Under the pieces are notes generated by a model. That model saw only the letters and a list, made by a program, of their open reading frames with translations, did not search any database and was not told the origin of the DNA. Shown here in pieces: positions 1 to 12,536 of a stretch of 64,000 nt of DNA. The translations under genes and the position numbers were made by a program. Each line of letters starts with the position of its first letter. Position 1 is the first letter of the stretch. Source of the stretch: Calcarisporiella thermophila CBS 279.70 (lineage: Eukaryota; Fungi; Calcarisporiellomycota); assembly GCF_041956535.1 (NCBI RefSeq), contig NW_027192216.1:76274-140273 (forward strand), written 5' to 3'.

Positions 1-1130
1 AAAGAGCAATGGGTACAAGCACAGAGGAAAAAAGCACAGAGGAAAAAAAATGGAGATAGATTCAAGCACTATTCACCACCTCCTTCACCACTGCCAAGCT
101 CAAACGTAAAGGTGAATTTTGATTCAACCACCCTACCGTTGCCATCTAGCCGGCAAACCTGTCCTGGGATATTCAGCCGACCGGGGCAATACCTCTAATT
201 CAACGTCTCTTTGAAACCGAGCATATTGGTGCCCCGATCCTGGCCAGAATTCACATCCACAACTAAGGAATGGGAAAAGGCCTGGATGTACATCCAAGCA
301 CGGCCAGCTCTCTGAACCCCGCTCATGCTCGCGGAACCTTGTAGAGCAAGTATAGCTAATCTGCAATACCTCAATTGCCACCCGAGGCGGACCCGCTGCA
401 ACACCTCAGAGGACATAATTCGCCATCCGTTTCTCAATTGCCCTGAGCTGATAGAGAGCTGCATCAATACCCTTGCAAGCCCCCAGAATACACAGGTGCC
501 GACTTTTAGGAGCCCTACACTTGAGAGTCTTACCCGGAGCTCCAACAGTGGTAAGACACGCGGCTCTTATCACTCTCGACTCCGAATTGTGGCAGATACG
601 CCGGGACCGCATCGCATTCCGCTTTGATAATACCCGATTCACTTACAAGACCATCACCACACAGGCTAAACACAATAATAAAATGTCAGAGGATCTGGAT
701 ATACGCGATCACGCAAGCGACAAGAATTCGAACAACTCCGGTGCAGGTGGTATACACAGAAGGTGTCGTTTGAAGGAGCTATTGGTGCCACGCCGACTAT
801 GGGATGATAGAATAACCCATTGCTTTCATTTACCCCTTTTTCACCTTTTTGCCTTCTTTGCATCTAAGGCTCCTTTTCTTTTACCTAGTCTTTGATGTTC
901 ACTGTCACCGCATCGCAGAACTGCAAATCTGCCTATACAATCGTCCTCATGATATCAATCAATGCAAATACCGCCTAGGCGTCCATCCAATCTTACTTTG
1001 TGCACTCGTTCGGGGTTTATTTTTTTGGATGCCATTAATTGTATTTTCAGTTACTTTTTTTTCATTCTTACTTAGCTCTTACCTCAATTGCTTGACTTTA
1101 TTAATGCAAAATATTTATATTCTCTCCTAG
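1..1130 (+). mobile_element. Decayed non-LTR (L1/Tx1-like) retrotransposon 3' end, copy 1
   Basis: Broken frames give a zf-RVT-like signature (RCNTSEDIIRHPFLNCP, then LWQIRRDRIAFRFD) with stops and frameshifts, followed by a T-rich tail. Boundaries approximate. Confidence 0.65.
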
Positions 1131-1469
1131 GAATGTAAAACCAATATGATATAAATTTTCAATACTAAAAAATATTTAATTGAAAGATTTAGCGATATCT
1201 GAACAGGGAGAAATTGACTGAAAATCCAGGACGAAACTCTAGTTTTTATAAGGATGCCTCCAAATAATAAACCGTAATCCCGTTGTAAAACCGTCATGTC
1301 GTGCGAACTCTTTTATGCTTCTCTCAGCTTGTCTATCTCAATCTATTTCCCTCCCCCTTGTATATATTATGCATTTTCTTTCTATTACGTTATGGCGTAA
1401 CTATTTTTCCCATATATTTTCTTCTCATTTCGCTGGTCTAAACACCCAAGCGAATCAGAAAATAGAATT

Positions 1470-2380
1470 CTTAGATGGTGTATCATGCAGCACAAGCCAG
1501 TAATAGCAAGAATTGCCTAACAAATTGACCAGTCCAGTCCTATCTGCCAGCAGGAAGGGATAGATATCATAGGACACATCTTATTTGGATGTGCAAGAAT
1601 TGACCATATTTAAGAATGGTATGGTAGACTTCGTGTAATGATCCTATTTGAACACAAGATATACATCCCGATATACAAACAACGCTTCGAAAACCAAGAA
1701 GAAACATAAGAGCAAAGGAAAACACGTTTTCATGCCCCTACAAGATATCAGGATCCGGATCATATAAAAGAGTATGGTTTAAATAGTGATGAACAACCAA
1801 GGGCATGTTGATATCGTTTTCAAATGTATCCTCTATCCGAATCACTTCTTTGCAAGCAAATGACACTATGGGCACAAAGGAATAAGAACGAATTAGATTT
1901 CAAGCATAGATCCTTTCTTTTTTTTCTTATCTCTTGGTATCCTGTACTTAAAAACCCTGTCTTGCTGTGTTTTCTTTCATTTTTGTAATTTATTTTAAAT
2001 AAAACAAGGACGCAAATACACCCAAAATGGGAAATAGAAACTGAAGTTGGAAGCGAAATCTTTGATGGTCTATGAGCAGGACTATCATATATGAAATTAT
2101 GATTCAGTTCAGGGTTGCCTCCAGATATCAGACTAAAACTGTAAAAAAACTGACTTGCCTTAGGAGCTCTACCCATTCTCCTCTCTCAAATTTATTTCGT
2201 TTTCTTTTTAATTTTAATCTTAGACTTACATCAACTTCATTTATTCCTCTTACACTCTCCATCGTTATGTATTTTTAACAAAGGATCATGCCAATATTGG
2301 ATTTTTAAAGTCATTTTATTTCCTCTTCTTTTTCTATTCTTTTCTTTAATTTTTTGGCTCTTTCCCTATTCCCTCTACTC
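1470..2380 (+). mobile_element. Decayed non-LTR retrotransposon 3' end, copy 2
   Basis: About 1545-1620 translates to SPICQQEGIDIIGHILFGCARIDHI*EW, a degenerate zf-RVT CxxC..HxxxxC..W motif; T-rich tail follows. Boundaries approximate. Confidence 0.5.
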
Positions 2381-2479
2381 ATTTTAATGTAGGCTAGAAA
2401 ATGTTGCCTGGATGATTATGGCGTAGAAGCTACCCTCCTCTTTATAGTAGAATAGGATATTTTGCAATAAAGATATTTT

Positions 2480-3210
2480 GTCAAAATAAAAACATCCTGA
2501 AGCCGAAGTATACCTGCTGCAACACCTCGAGAGACACAACTCTACACACATTCTTTGAATGCTCTGAATTTACGCCAATGTGGTAATGGGCAGTGTATAC
2601 ACCATTGCGAATCCTTAAACACCTAGATGCTAGCCGGTAAGAATCTCATAATAAGAGACTTACCTGAATTTTCAAATATTGTAATGCTTGTTGCTCAATT
2701 ATATTGACTCGGCACTCTGGCAAACACACCAGCACCGCATTGAAACCCACTTTCATAGCATTCTGGCTTCTTCCGAGTCTCTCATTAGCCGGGCCAAATT
2801 CGATATCGAAGAGAATATAGGAACGGAATTGGTAAGAGCATGAAGTAGGCGTGAGAACGAACAATTCTAAAGCAGGCGGTGACAACAAGATGCGATGATA
2901 AATAAAGCACCTGATGAGGTGCTGTTTTGATATGAGTTAATAAATTCTCCATCGCCAATATCCCGGTATTTTATTTTACTAGTTTATGTAATTATTGCCA
3001 TCAGGAAAAAGTAGACGATCATATCATCGAACAATGGGCGGAGAGATAGCTCGATGGGGAATACAGAAGCTACATCGACAGACACTCAAAAGCAAGGAGA
3101 AGCCCGTGGTTACAATATCATATATTCTTACTTTCCTACTATTTCTATCTCATTCATTTTCTCTTATTTTTCTCTCTCTCCCCAATTTTTTTCTTATTTT
3201 GTGATAAATT
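2480..3210 (+). mobile_element. Decayed non-LTR retrotransposon 3' end, copy 3
   Basis: TCCNTSRDTTLHTFFECSEFTPMW*W motif; shares GCTGCAACACCTC and the downstream DSxLWQ segment with copy 1; T-rich tail. Confidence 0.6.
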
Positions 3211-3355
3211 AAGATAAATCGTTGAAATCCTAGTGCTAATGAATGTTTGTTGGCTTCAAAATAAGAACCTAAAGGAAGATTTGAAAGAAGACCTTGAGGT
3301 GCTCACCAAAGGCAGAGAATCCTTCAACAACACATACAACGACGCAATGTATCTA

Positions 3356-4981
3356 CAGCCGACCACAAAAACATAGTCACAGATGGATATATTTTGTTAA
3401 AATCAAATTATTTCAGTAGCTCCTTTCAAGGGAACACTGAAAATATGTTGAGAAAAATCTACAGCTCCACACTATATTCAGAGGTATATGCCACCCTGGC
3501 TTAAAGAAAGAAAACCGTTTTACCGGGGTACTGAATTTGAAAAAATGCATATCTATATTTTGCCGTTTTTTGGATTATGGTACCATTTTGATGTTTGAAC
3601 GCTCTTTGTTCATATATTTGATATTATTCTCTCGCTTCTCGTTTATTAAAACGACTTAATCACTACTTGTGATTTTTAATCAAAAATTAAAATGAAGCCT
3701 CTTTCAAACGAGATTCGCGCTAGCATAATTCAGCTCGCAAAGGTGGGAAAATCTTCTTATCAAATCGCCAATGCGTTGGACATTCATTTCACTACAGCAG
3801 CCAAGATTGTAAGAGAAGAAGTAATGCGACGCCCCGATCTTAATAGACGACCCGCTGGCCGCCCTCGTATTTTGAGTAAGAGAGAAGAGAGAAAGATAGT
3901 GACATTGATGACATCGGGTCAGTGCAAAAACTCAACCGATGTGAGAAAATTTTTTAAAGAGGAATACAACAGAGAATTGACCGCTGATACCGTGAGAAGG
4001 GTAATCCAAAGAGAAGAAGTGCTGACTCGAGTGCTCCCAAAGAAACCTCTTCTCTCAGCTGCGCACCGTAGACGTCCCCTGGAGTTCGCGAGAAAGCATA
4101 TAAATTGGACTGTGGAAGATTGGAAACGAGTAATGTTTTCCGATGAGACTAAATTAACGTTTACGAATTTAACAGGAAAGCAATACTACTACAAGCGCAA
4201 GGGAGAACCGCTTCGTAGTAGACATATCCAACCCACAATGAAACAGACAGGAAATGGAGTGATGGCGTGGAGTTGCGTTACTGATCATGGCGTGGGAAAT
4301 CTGCACCGTATCGATGGGGCGCTCAACGCTGCACTATATTTTACCATCCTTTCTGAAGACTACCTAGGGTCTTTGAAGCATTATGGGATCAATAAGTCGA
4401 GAGTGATATTCCAGCATGACAATGATCCAAAGCACACCGCTAAAGTTACGAAAGAATGGTTGAATAACAATGGAATAAGCGTTCTAGAATGGCCCCCGCA
4501 GTCTCCCGATTTGAACATTATAGAGCATGTCTGGGGCGAGTTGAAGCGAAAGCTCAGTAACTATTCAAAAATGCCAAGGAATAAGGACGAAATATGGGAA
4601 AGAGCAGAAAAGGAGTGGAAAGAGATAGAGCCAGAATACATTAACAAGCTCTATGCAAGCACGCCAGAGAGGATCCGTGCTGCCGTTTCAGCCAAGGGAG
4701 GGCATACAAAGTATTAGTAAATAAACACACAAAATTCGATTTTTCAATAATGTACCTATAATTCAAAAAACAGCATAATGTAGTTATGCACATTTTTAAA
4801 TTCAGTACCCCAGTGAACCAGTATTTCTCCTTTAGTCTAGGGTAGCATATACCTCTGTAACTAGTGTAGGGGTCGCGGTTTTATTTCAACATACTTTCAC
4901 TGTTCCCTTGAAAGAGGTTATTGAAATATAGAGATTTTAACAAAATATATCGATTTGTGACTATGTTTTTGCGGTTGGCTG
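3356..4981 (+). mobile_element. Tc1/mariner DNA transposon with ~240 bp imperfect TIRs and TA target-site duplication
   Basis: Begins TA|CAGCCGACCACAAAACATAGTCAC and ends GTGACTATGTTTTTGCGGTTGGCTG|TA; ~3356-3595 and ~4745-4981 are inverted repeats; encloses a transposase ORF. Confidence 0.95.
3692..4717 (+). CDS. Tc1-family transposase (DD34E), 341 aa, intronless
   Basis: N-terminal HTH, GRPR motif, FSDET, FQHDNDPKH and WPPQSPDLNIIE with 34 residues between the second D and E; C-terminal KGGHTKY. Confidence 0.97.
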   Translation: MKPLSNEIRASIIQLAKVGKSSYQIANALDIHFTTAAKIVREEVMRRPDLNRRPAGRPRILSKREERKIVTLMTSGQCKNSTDVRKFFKEEYNRELTADTVRRVIQREEVLTRVLPKKPLLSAAHRRRPLEFARKHINWTVEDWKRVMFSDETKLTFTNLTGKQYYYKRKGEPLRSRHIQPTMKQTGNGVMAWSCVTDHGVGNLHRIDGALNAALYFTILSEDYLGSLKHYGINKSRVIFQHDNDPKHTAKVTKEWLNNNGISVLEWPPQSPDLNIIEHVWGELKRKLSNYSKMPRNKDEIWERAEKEWKEIEPEYINKLYASTPERIRAAVSAKGGHTKY

Positions 4982-6338
4982 TAACAATTTGATCAGGCAA
5001 GCCCATGTTACAAAAGATACGGGGATAAATAAATAGATATCAAGGAACATGCCATCTCTGAGCTTCGTAGATTTTTGGATCTGATTATCTGGTCATTTTA
5101 TGCAGGTTCTAGGATTCTCAACCGGTATGAAATCCCTGGGAATAACGAGGAAATGTAAGATAGAGTACTACAGGAATGCACGTTTCCACGCAAGATTATT
5201 AATCTGCAATATTAGCATTGTAGCAGTCGTGGAGTGTAGCTAAGAGCGTGAGGGCACCAGCTGCTAAGTTATTTTCTCTCCAATTAGTTTCTCATGGTCT
5301 ACAAGCAGCTAAAATATATTTACTATATGATTTTCACACATTTCTACTTTCAGGCTAATTCATTTATCAACACTACATCACATTATTTGACATAGATTAA
5401 TCATCTCCTTAACCTATGAGTTATACAGAGTAGAAATGAAAACTTGGTTTAAAACGGGAGATATCTAGTATTCATCAGTAAAGTATGTGGGGTGGTAGAA
5501 ACTCATCATGTTAACTTTATGCTGAACATTATAAACTAATATGCCAGGATCTGTAAATACTATCCAGAATACATAGACGCATGCGAAAACTTAGATTAAG
5601 ACTTAAGTTACCCTACTTATGTTTGTACATCTCTGGTTCGATTTTATTCTTTGCCATCTACTCCAATATGATATACACATAAGAATGGCGTCATTATTCC
5701 AATTTGCATCTATTCATAGATTTAACTTTGAAGGCATATAACATGGAATCCTGTCCCAATAAATAAGAATGATTATGCAGGATTCATTTTATAAGCGCCA
5801 CTTCCTTGTGAGCACTATTTGGATATCGTTTTCATTTACATTTACAATGACTCTAATACACATTCAAAGGTCAATTTTAATGAGCTAGCAAAAAGTGGAA
5901 CCGTGAGAAAAAACACAAGAAAAAACGCGGAGACAATTAATGGCATCTCTATTCTAAGTGTCGGACAGAGAGGAGCCAACTCCAAGCACTCTCTCTCAAT
6001 ATGGGAAGGATGCGATTGGTGGTACCAAAATTTGATACAAAAGCCGAAGAAGATTCTAGTACACCCTATTTTATGCTTAAGTGGAGACCCGAGCAGAGCA
6101 GCCCGATAGAAAATGGCCAATTTCAGAGTACTGAAAGCCGGTTGGCTAATAAGCAGACCATTGCTGGGTCTTGCTTAGCGGACAAGCAAATTCGAATAAC
6201 TCTTGCTAATCATTACAAGGCTGACATCGCCGGAAAAACATAAATTTAAAAGACAGACGCGATGGTGACAGAGTGAAGAGCCGGGAACTTTCTTCGCAGT
6301 TCTTTCTCTCTGACTCCTCTTCTTTAAACACTGATGCT

Positions 6339-8219
6339 ATGTCGATGGCAGGCGGACATCCTATGGTTTGTAATTCGAACTATGCCCACCAGCAATTGAA
6401 TGACACTTCTCATTCTACAGCTGCACCAGACCCGGCATCCACCCACGATGTCTCCTCAAGGAAAATCCGAGCTAAATCGGAGGAATTCGCTGAGGATGGC
6501 GCCAGCATCATCAGGAGCGAGCGATCCACTGTGGTGTCCATGTATAATGAGAAGGCTGAGGACGCCTCGACTGTTATAAGTACAGAAGAGATTAAAGAGA
6601 ATAAGATTAACAAAATTTTGGAGGAGGCCCATCCCATAGATCAGAATGCACAAGAGGATGTTTCAGCGTTAATAGATAGTCCTAGGGGATGGTTTGTGGT
6701 CCTTAGTGCTTTCCTAGCGTAAGTTTTGATATCCAGAATGCCTCCTTTCCCTAATGTACTACTATTCTTTCTTCCTATTTACCAGAAATGTATATTGCTT
6801 CGGATGTACATACTTATGGGTAGGTGTTATCTTGTCCATGTTTATTTTTGATGTTGCGTGTCAATTGGATGTGATACTCATTCTAGGCCATGTTGTCATA
6901 GGGGATATACCAAGAGCACTACCTCACAATTGTGTTTCCCGGAGAATACTCGACTCTCCAGATTTCTTTTGTCGGCTCTCTTGCAACTGCTCTACTGCTC
7001 TCTTTTGGAGTGTTCATAGAACCAATCATTCATCTACTAGGCCATAGAGGCACTGTCCTTTTGGGCGCATTCTTTTGTGTCGTAGGCTATATCCTTTGCA
7101 GTTTTGCGACCACGCTGTGGCAGATCTTTTTAACGCAAGGCTTAATCTTAGGCACAGGGTATTCCCTTGCATTCTTTCCCACCATCACTCTGCCGCCTCA
7201 GTAAGTAGGAAGCTGTTTTGCATATCCCTTGCCTCCCACCTGAAAGTGTCTCAACATCTTTTCCGTTAAAGGTGGTTTAACCGACGTCGCGGACTTGCCA
7301 CCGGTATAGCAATGTCCGGAGGCGGAATAGGCGGCCTCGCCTTCTCCCCTCTAATACAAAGGATCATTGAACTCCATGGCTACCGTTGGTCGCTTCGCAC
7401 GCTTGCCTTGATTGGTTTGATCTTGCTCTCTGTGTCCGCCTTCTTGGCTCGTCCCCTTAATGTACGGCCGCCAAAACGAAAGAAGGTGTTCGACTCGAAA
7501 GTAGTGGACAAAAAGGTTGGATTATTGTTGGGCATGGGATTTTTTGTGAGTTTTGGTGAGTACACACATCTTGAGGCTAGTCCAACCGGTGTTACTGACT
7601 TTGCAATGTCAATGAAGGGTTTATTGCGCCGTTTTTCTTTTTGAACGGATATTCCCAATTTATTGGGCTTTCACCGGCTCTGGCTGCAACGCTCACTGGC
7701 TGTATGAGCGGGGTTAATTCGGTTGCACGTATTCTAATCGGCTTCTTTGCTGATTACTTGTAAGTCGAGAATGGATAGGGTTGGGGGATGCAAATGTTCT
7801 AACGCATCCTGTTCTCATTATTTTTGTATAGCGGAAGAGTCAACGCACTCCTTTGGTGTAACTTTTTAGCCGGAGTAGTCACCATGCTTGTATGGCCTTT
7901 GTCCACGAATCTCAGTGTTTTGATCATCTTCGTCATTTTGTATGGGTCGTTTGGTGGAGGATATGCGTCGCTGCTTCCCGTGGTCATTGCGGATATTGTC
8001 CCGCGAGAGCATATCACAGCAAGTGTAGGGATGATATACTCTATTTCTTGCTTTGGATATCTGTTTGGCACGCCCATCGCAGGCGCCCTGTTGGATGCTA
8101 ACGACAGGAAAAACTATGTGCCCGTTGCTGAGTACACGGGGAGTATGACATTGCTTGCCTCGTTTTTCTTACTGGCGCTCCGTCTAATGCTGGGGAAAAA
8201 CATCTTCAAGAAGTTATAA
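6339..8219 (+). CDS. MFS monocarboxylate transporter (MCT/Mch-like), multi-exon
   Basis: DSPRGWFVVLSAFL, QWFNRRRGLATGIAMSGGGIGG and multiple hydrophobic helices across GT-AG-joined exons. Confidence 0.9.
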
Positions 8220-8535
8220 AGGATAGAAAGGAAAAGGCACTACCGTGCACTAGATCTGGCCTCACTTTTATCTTATGCTGTGAATATAATTTTGGAATTC
8301 ATTAATTAACTTATTATGTCGGTATTAATATATTGAATAATCTAAATAAAAATTAAATTGTCATGTCACGGCTGTGGTATTATGGTAGTGGATAAAAGGA
8401 ATGTCGCATAGGGATTAATAAAGAAAATAACAAATGTGAACAATTTACAAAAGAAATCGACAATTAAACTAATATAAATATATATATACGGAAAAAAAAA
8501 TAATCGCCATCTAATCGTGCGCTAAATGTACAGTG

Positions 8536-10311
8536 TTAGTTTTCTACCTTAACGAACAACATATCCCCATCCTCCAACTCAGATTTGGCGATCTCTAGGC
8601 TAGGATCCAGTCCCTCGCCCTCGAAGCTTAGAGAGACTCGCATAGAATCGGGTATTCCCTTTATCTGTATATATTTTCCTACAATGGCTCCCACCGTCGT
8701 ATTCATTTTCACCTTGAGCTTGATGTCCTCACCGCCTTTGTCTCGGAGCTTGAGGATTCCCCAGTGTTCATTTCCTCTATTGCCTGTAGTGGCGGCGGAT
8801 CCACCAACATTGTTTTGCTGAGGAAGACTATTCAACTCAGGCTGCTGAGGTTCATATCCGGCCTCGTTTTCGCGTGCAAACCGCTCCTCCAGATCTTTCA
8901 TCTTCTGTTGCTGCATTATTTCGTAGATGTCTTTAAAAAATGCAACTAACATAGAATGCATAGATTTGAAAAATAGTCAAACTCACTTAGTTTTAGTAAA
9001 ATAATGAAATAGTTCACACTAGGACCACATACACACTTCGACTTTCTCTGGCATGTCCAAGCTATCTGGCGTCCCACTCGAAAAAATCCTGGTACCTTGG
9101 TAGACGAGGACTATCTGCTCACGGGTCAAACCCATTCTTTCGCAATAGTTTGAATAGATTTTTTCAAATTGGTGATTCTAATCCCGAACAACACAGTGTC
9201 CATATAATTAAACCGTCCATAGGAATTAAAATGTATTTTTTATAAGACTTACCGAATAAACATAATATCTCACAGGCTTTAAAAGTTTGGGCATCCTAAC
9301 CATTCGGTGCGGAAACATCGTTTGATAGTTGGCACTTGTGTTCTCGTTCATTATGACTTTGATCGAGATTTTCCGAGGATTTTTATTGTCATTATGAGCA
9401 TGTAGTAATAAGTCCGAGTAGTTATTATTTTGAGAGGAGCCGGTCTCATCCTTATGTCTTCCTGTTGTCGGCGTCAAACCTCGCGTGGTTTCCGCTATCG
9501 AGAGTAATTCAGGATCGAGCTCAGAGGAGGGTAAGAAATCTAATTGACTGGGCGGGGCACTGGGTTCGAATTCGTTACTACTCGTACTGAATTGAGAGTC
9601 CAGTTTTGATCTAAAGGAATAAGGATGAGTATAGGGAGTACGCCGTATTTTTTTGAGAGCTATGCATATACCTGTAAAGTAGAAGGATAGTCTCCATTTG
9701 ATCTTGTGATATTGCAGGAGGCGAGGGTACCAAGAGCTCTTGGTCATTTTCAACTTCAGCATTTGATAGGTCCATAGGTGGCGAATTTGGTTGATCCGTG
9801 GTCTCATCGCTATCATCTTCAATGGTGCTAAAAACGAAGATTCAAAATAAATTAGTCATTAATGACTGAATGAATAGAAAAGTCAATCCCACATTATATT
9901 CGCCGATTCAGTAACCTCTTCGCTATGACGAGCTCGCTTTGCTGTTTTGCCTTTATCCTCTTTTTCCCCTCCAGGCTGGACAGCATGTCTGCTTCGCTCA
10001 TCTTCCTCATCTGACGAAGATATGACCAGATAATGCTTCGTCGCTGTAAATATCCGGAAAAGTTACTTTGTTAATTGTGTCCCTTATGCTGGCATGAGCC
10101 TATCATACCCACCTATACTTTTACCATCCGATTCGCGCCGAAATAGAGGATTGTGTGAGAAAAAAGCAAAATCGTCTTCTAACCGTGACGGTCGGGCTGC
10201 ATCAGGAGATGCGGTCAGGTTGGAGTTGCTCGATTTGGAAGGCGTTCGCGTTAGTCGGCGTGGTTTTATTTTAGGACGATTAACAGATGATGTCTCGTCC
10301 AAGTCTGACAT
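8536..10311 (-). CDS. ESC2: Esc2/Rad60/NIP45-family protein with tandem C-terminal SUMO-like domains
   Basis: Low-complexity N-terminus; SLD1 (FEKIYSNYCERMGLTREQIVLVYQGTRIFSSGTPDSLDM) and SLD2 (LSFEGEGLDP..ELEDGDMLFVK). Confidence 0.8.
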
Positions 10312-10606
10312 GACGGCGATATTTGTCTTGGAACACTGCTCAATAACAACTCTAGAAATCGGCTAGTGAGCTAATCAACGCTAATTGTAAAAGTGTGTCA
10401 AGACTCTAGATAGAAGTGTATTTGCTCATTGTGGCTTTGCAATTTTAAAAGGGAGTTTTGGAAGCGTTTCAAGAGACACAAAGGATGCATTGCCCAATTG
10501 ATGTCCATTGTGCATAGTAAGCTCTTTACCCAGCATATTACCCAGCTGACACGCAGTATTTGGACATAGCACACCGAACACATCTCTCTTCCTTCTCTCT
10601 TGCGTC

Positions 10607-11316
10607 ATGGTCGATAAAGCAGTGTCGAACATGGACAGACTTACTCAACTGCAAAATTCTATCGATCAAGTAATTGACTCCAATGTTTTTTTTTTTGAGT
10701 AATCCTAATACCAAGCTCCCTCATCCCTGTTAGTTAGCGCGTCAATTTATTGCCAGCATCTCCTATTTACATGACAAATCTTCCCTGGTGCAACTAAATC
10801 CATCCATTCCTGTTGATAGCTCTGGTAAGATCTGAGCTGTAGAAGGCAATATTTAGTGAGTGGAGAGAGGCTTATATGCTTCTATTTTCAGCAGGAACAA
10901 ACCCTGATCCTTCCGAAGTCTTCAATCGTAATATTTCCACTTTTCTATGTTTTAATTTGCCAGCGCTTAATCTTGAGCTGTAGAAAATACCCGTGAGCTT
11001 GCCACCGACATTTGCAAAAAAGCAAAAGAGATCGATGCACTCATCGAGGCACTACCAGGCATTGACCGCACAGAGGCCGACCAAATTAAAATGCTGGAAG
11101 AGGTTGAAGCGCAGAACGTGGAAGCCAACCGGGAGCACCGAAAAGCAGTTGAGAGGGCAGGTGAGCAAACTTTGATAGAGGAATTCACGAATACCATGTT
11201 AAAAGTGGGAACCTATACTACTTCTTTGCGTAGAATCCCTTCTGAACCAGGTGACAACAGCGCTGCGTGCCATAGCAGACGACCAGAGCAAGTCGAGTCA
11301 GCAAGGGTTTGTATAG
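10607..11316 (+). CDS. SRB7: Mediator subunit Med21/Srb7, multi-exon (alternative start 10631)
   Basis: MDRLTQLQNSIDQL and ELATDICKKAKEIDALIEALPG, the hallmark Med21 motifs. Confidence 0.92.
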
Positions 11317-11499
11317 AATTGGGAATTCATCGTGCTATTTTTGTAAATAAATATACTGTCATGGATACAGCCCATCCCTCCGCATGTATGTATTTATTTC
11401 ATATAATAACATTCGAAAGAAGAAGTAAAAGAGAAAAAGAGAAATGGAAACAGTTAAAAGAGAGAAAGAAAAACGAGAGCATGCAAAAGTTTTATATTT

Positions 11500-12334
11500 T
11501 TAATCTTTCTTCAAGTCCATCCGCTGTACTTCCACGCCGGACTTGGTGATCACGAAAATCTCCAAATAGTCACCGGTGTGAATGTCACGTTCTGTCGCGG
11601 AAGTGAAGGCATCCTTCACCACTTTAATCACCTCCTCTAGTGGCTGGAACCGAAACTGTGCCTGTTGATTCTTGAATCCGATACGGCTATCTAAGAATGG
11701 CTGAATTAAGGCCGACCCAGAGCCTCCAACCCGATAGTTTTCGCGCTCGTAGGAGCCCACAGGGTCAAAGCTGTAGACACAGCCTTTTCCCTCCTCATCA
11801 AGGCCCCCAAGAATATTGAAGCTGTAGTAAGGGAAGAATCGTTTGGAATAGGCCATAATCGAGAGAAGCTGAGCAAGGGCAGCCACCGACATTTCCTTAT
11901 CATGAGTGTGCTTATACCACTATAAAAGAGGGAGAGTCCCATTCAGCCATCGAAAAAGGAAAAAAAAGTCATTATAATTCGTCTATGCTTGCCTCTAGTC
12001 GCTGGGTCACCCGTTTCGAAAGAGTGAGGCCATCGGCATAAAATCCATTCGTTGCCAGCACCGCCTTGTCTGACCTATTTAATAATAAAGCAGATTAAAA
12101 AAAATCAGTCAATTTTCATCAATCATGGAAACATGGGCGTTTCACTACGCACAGTTTGTATGCTCTGGGCTGATATCGGGAATTGATCAAGTAACCCTCA
12201 CTCTGTCTTGTGTCGGCTGCAACAACGCAGTAATCTTCCCCAGCAATAGCGAGTGTGGTGCCACCATTGTCGGTGTAGGGATTAAATCGGTGCTCAATGG
12301 GAGCAGTGGTCGGGTGTTCTGTAATGGAGGTCAT
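11500..12334 (-). CDS. PRE7: 20S proteasome subunit beta6 (Pre7/PSMB1)
   Basis: [43 protein letters not shown]; second intron is GC-AG. Confidence 0.97.
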
Positions 12335-12536
12335 GGTTTCCAGGGATTTGAGTTGGGTTGATACTAGAGAAATAACGCGCAACTTATTTTTTTCGAGTTG
12401 GATAGGGTGACGAATACGAATACGAATGTCGTGAAATTTGTACGCGTCATCAGCCCTCTAGAGAAGCCGACCTTGATATCGAGTAGTCTTTGTCTCTTTT
12501 TCGCGATTAGTTGAACACACACCACCTAGAAAAACA
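12335..12536. promoter_or_regulatory. Putative bidirectional promoter between PRE7 and PRE2
   Basis: 202 bp between divergent ATGs; contains GGGTGACGAA (12405-12414), (ACGAAT)x3 and ACGCGT (12442-12447). Confidence 0.6.
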
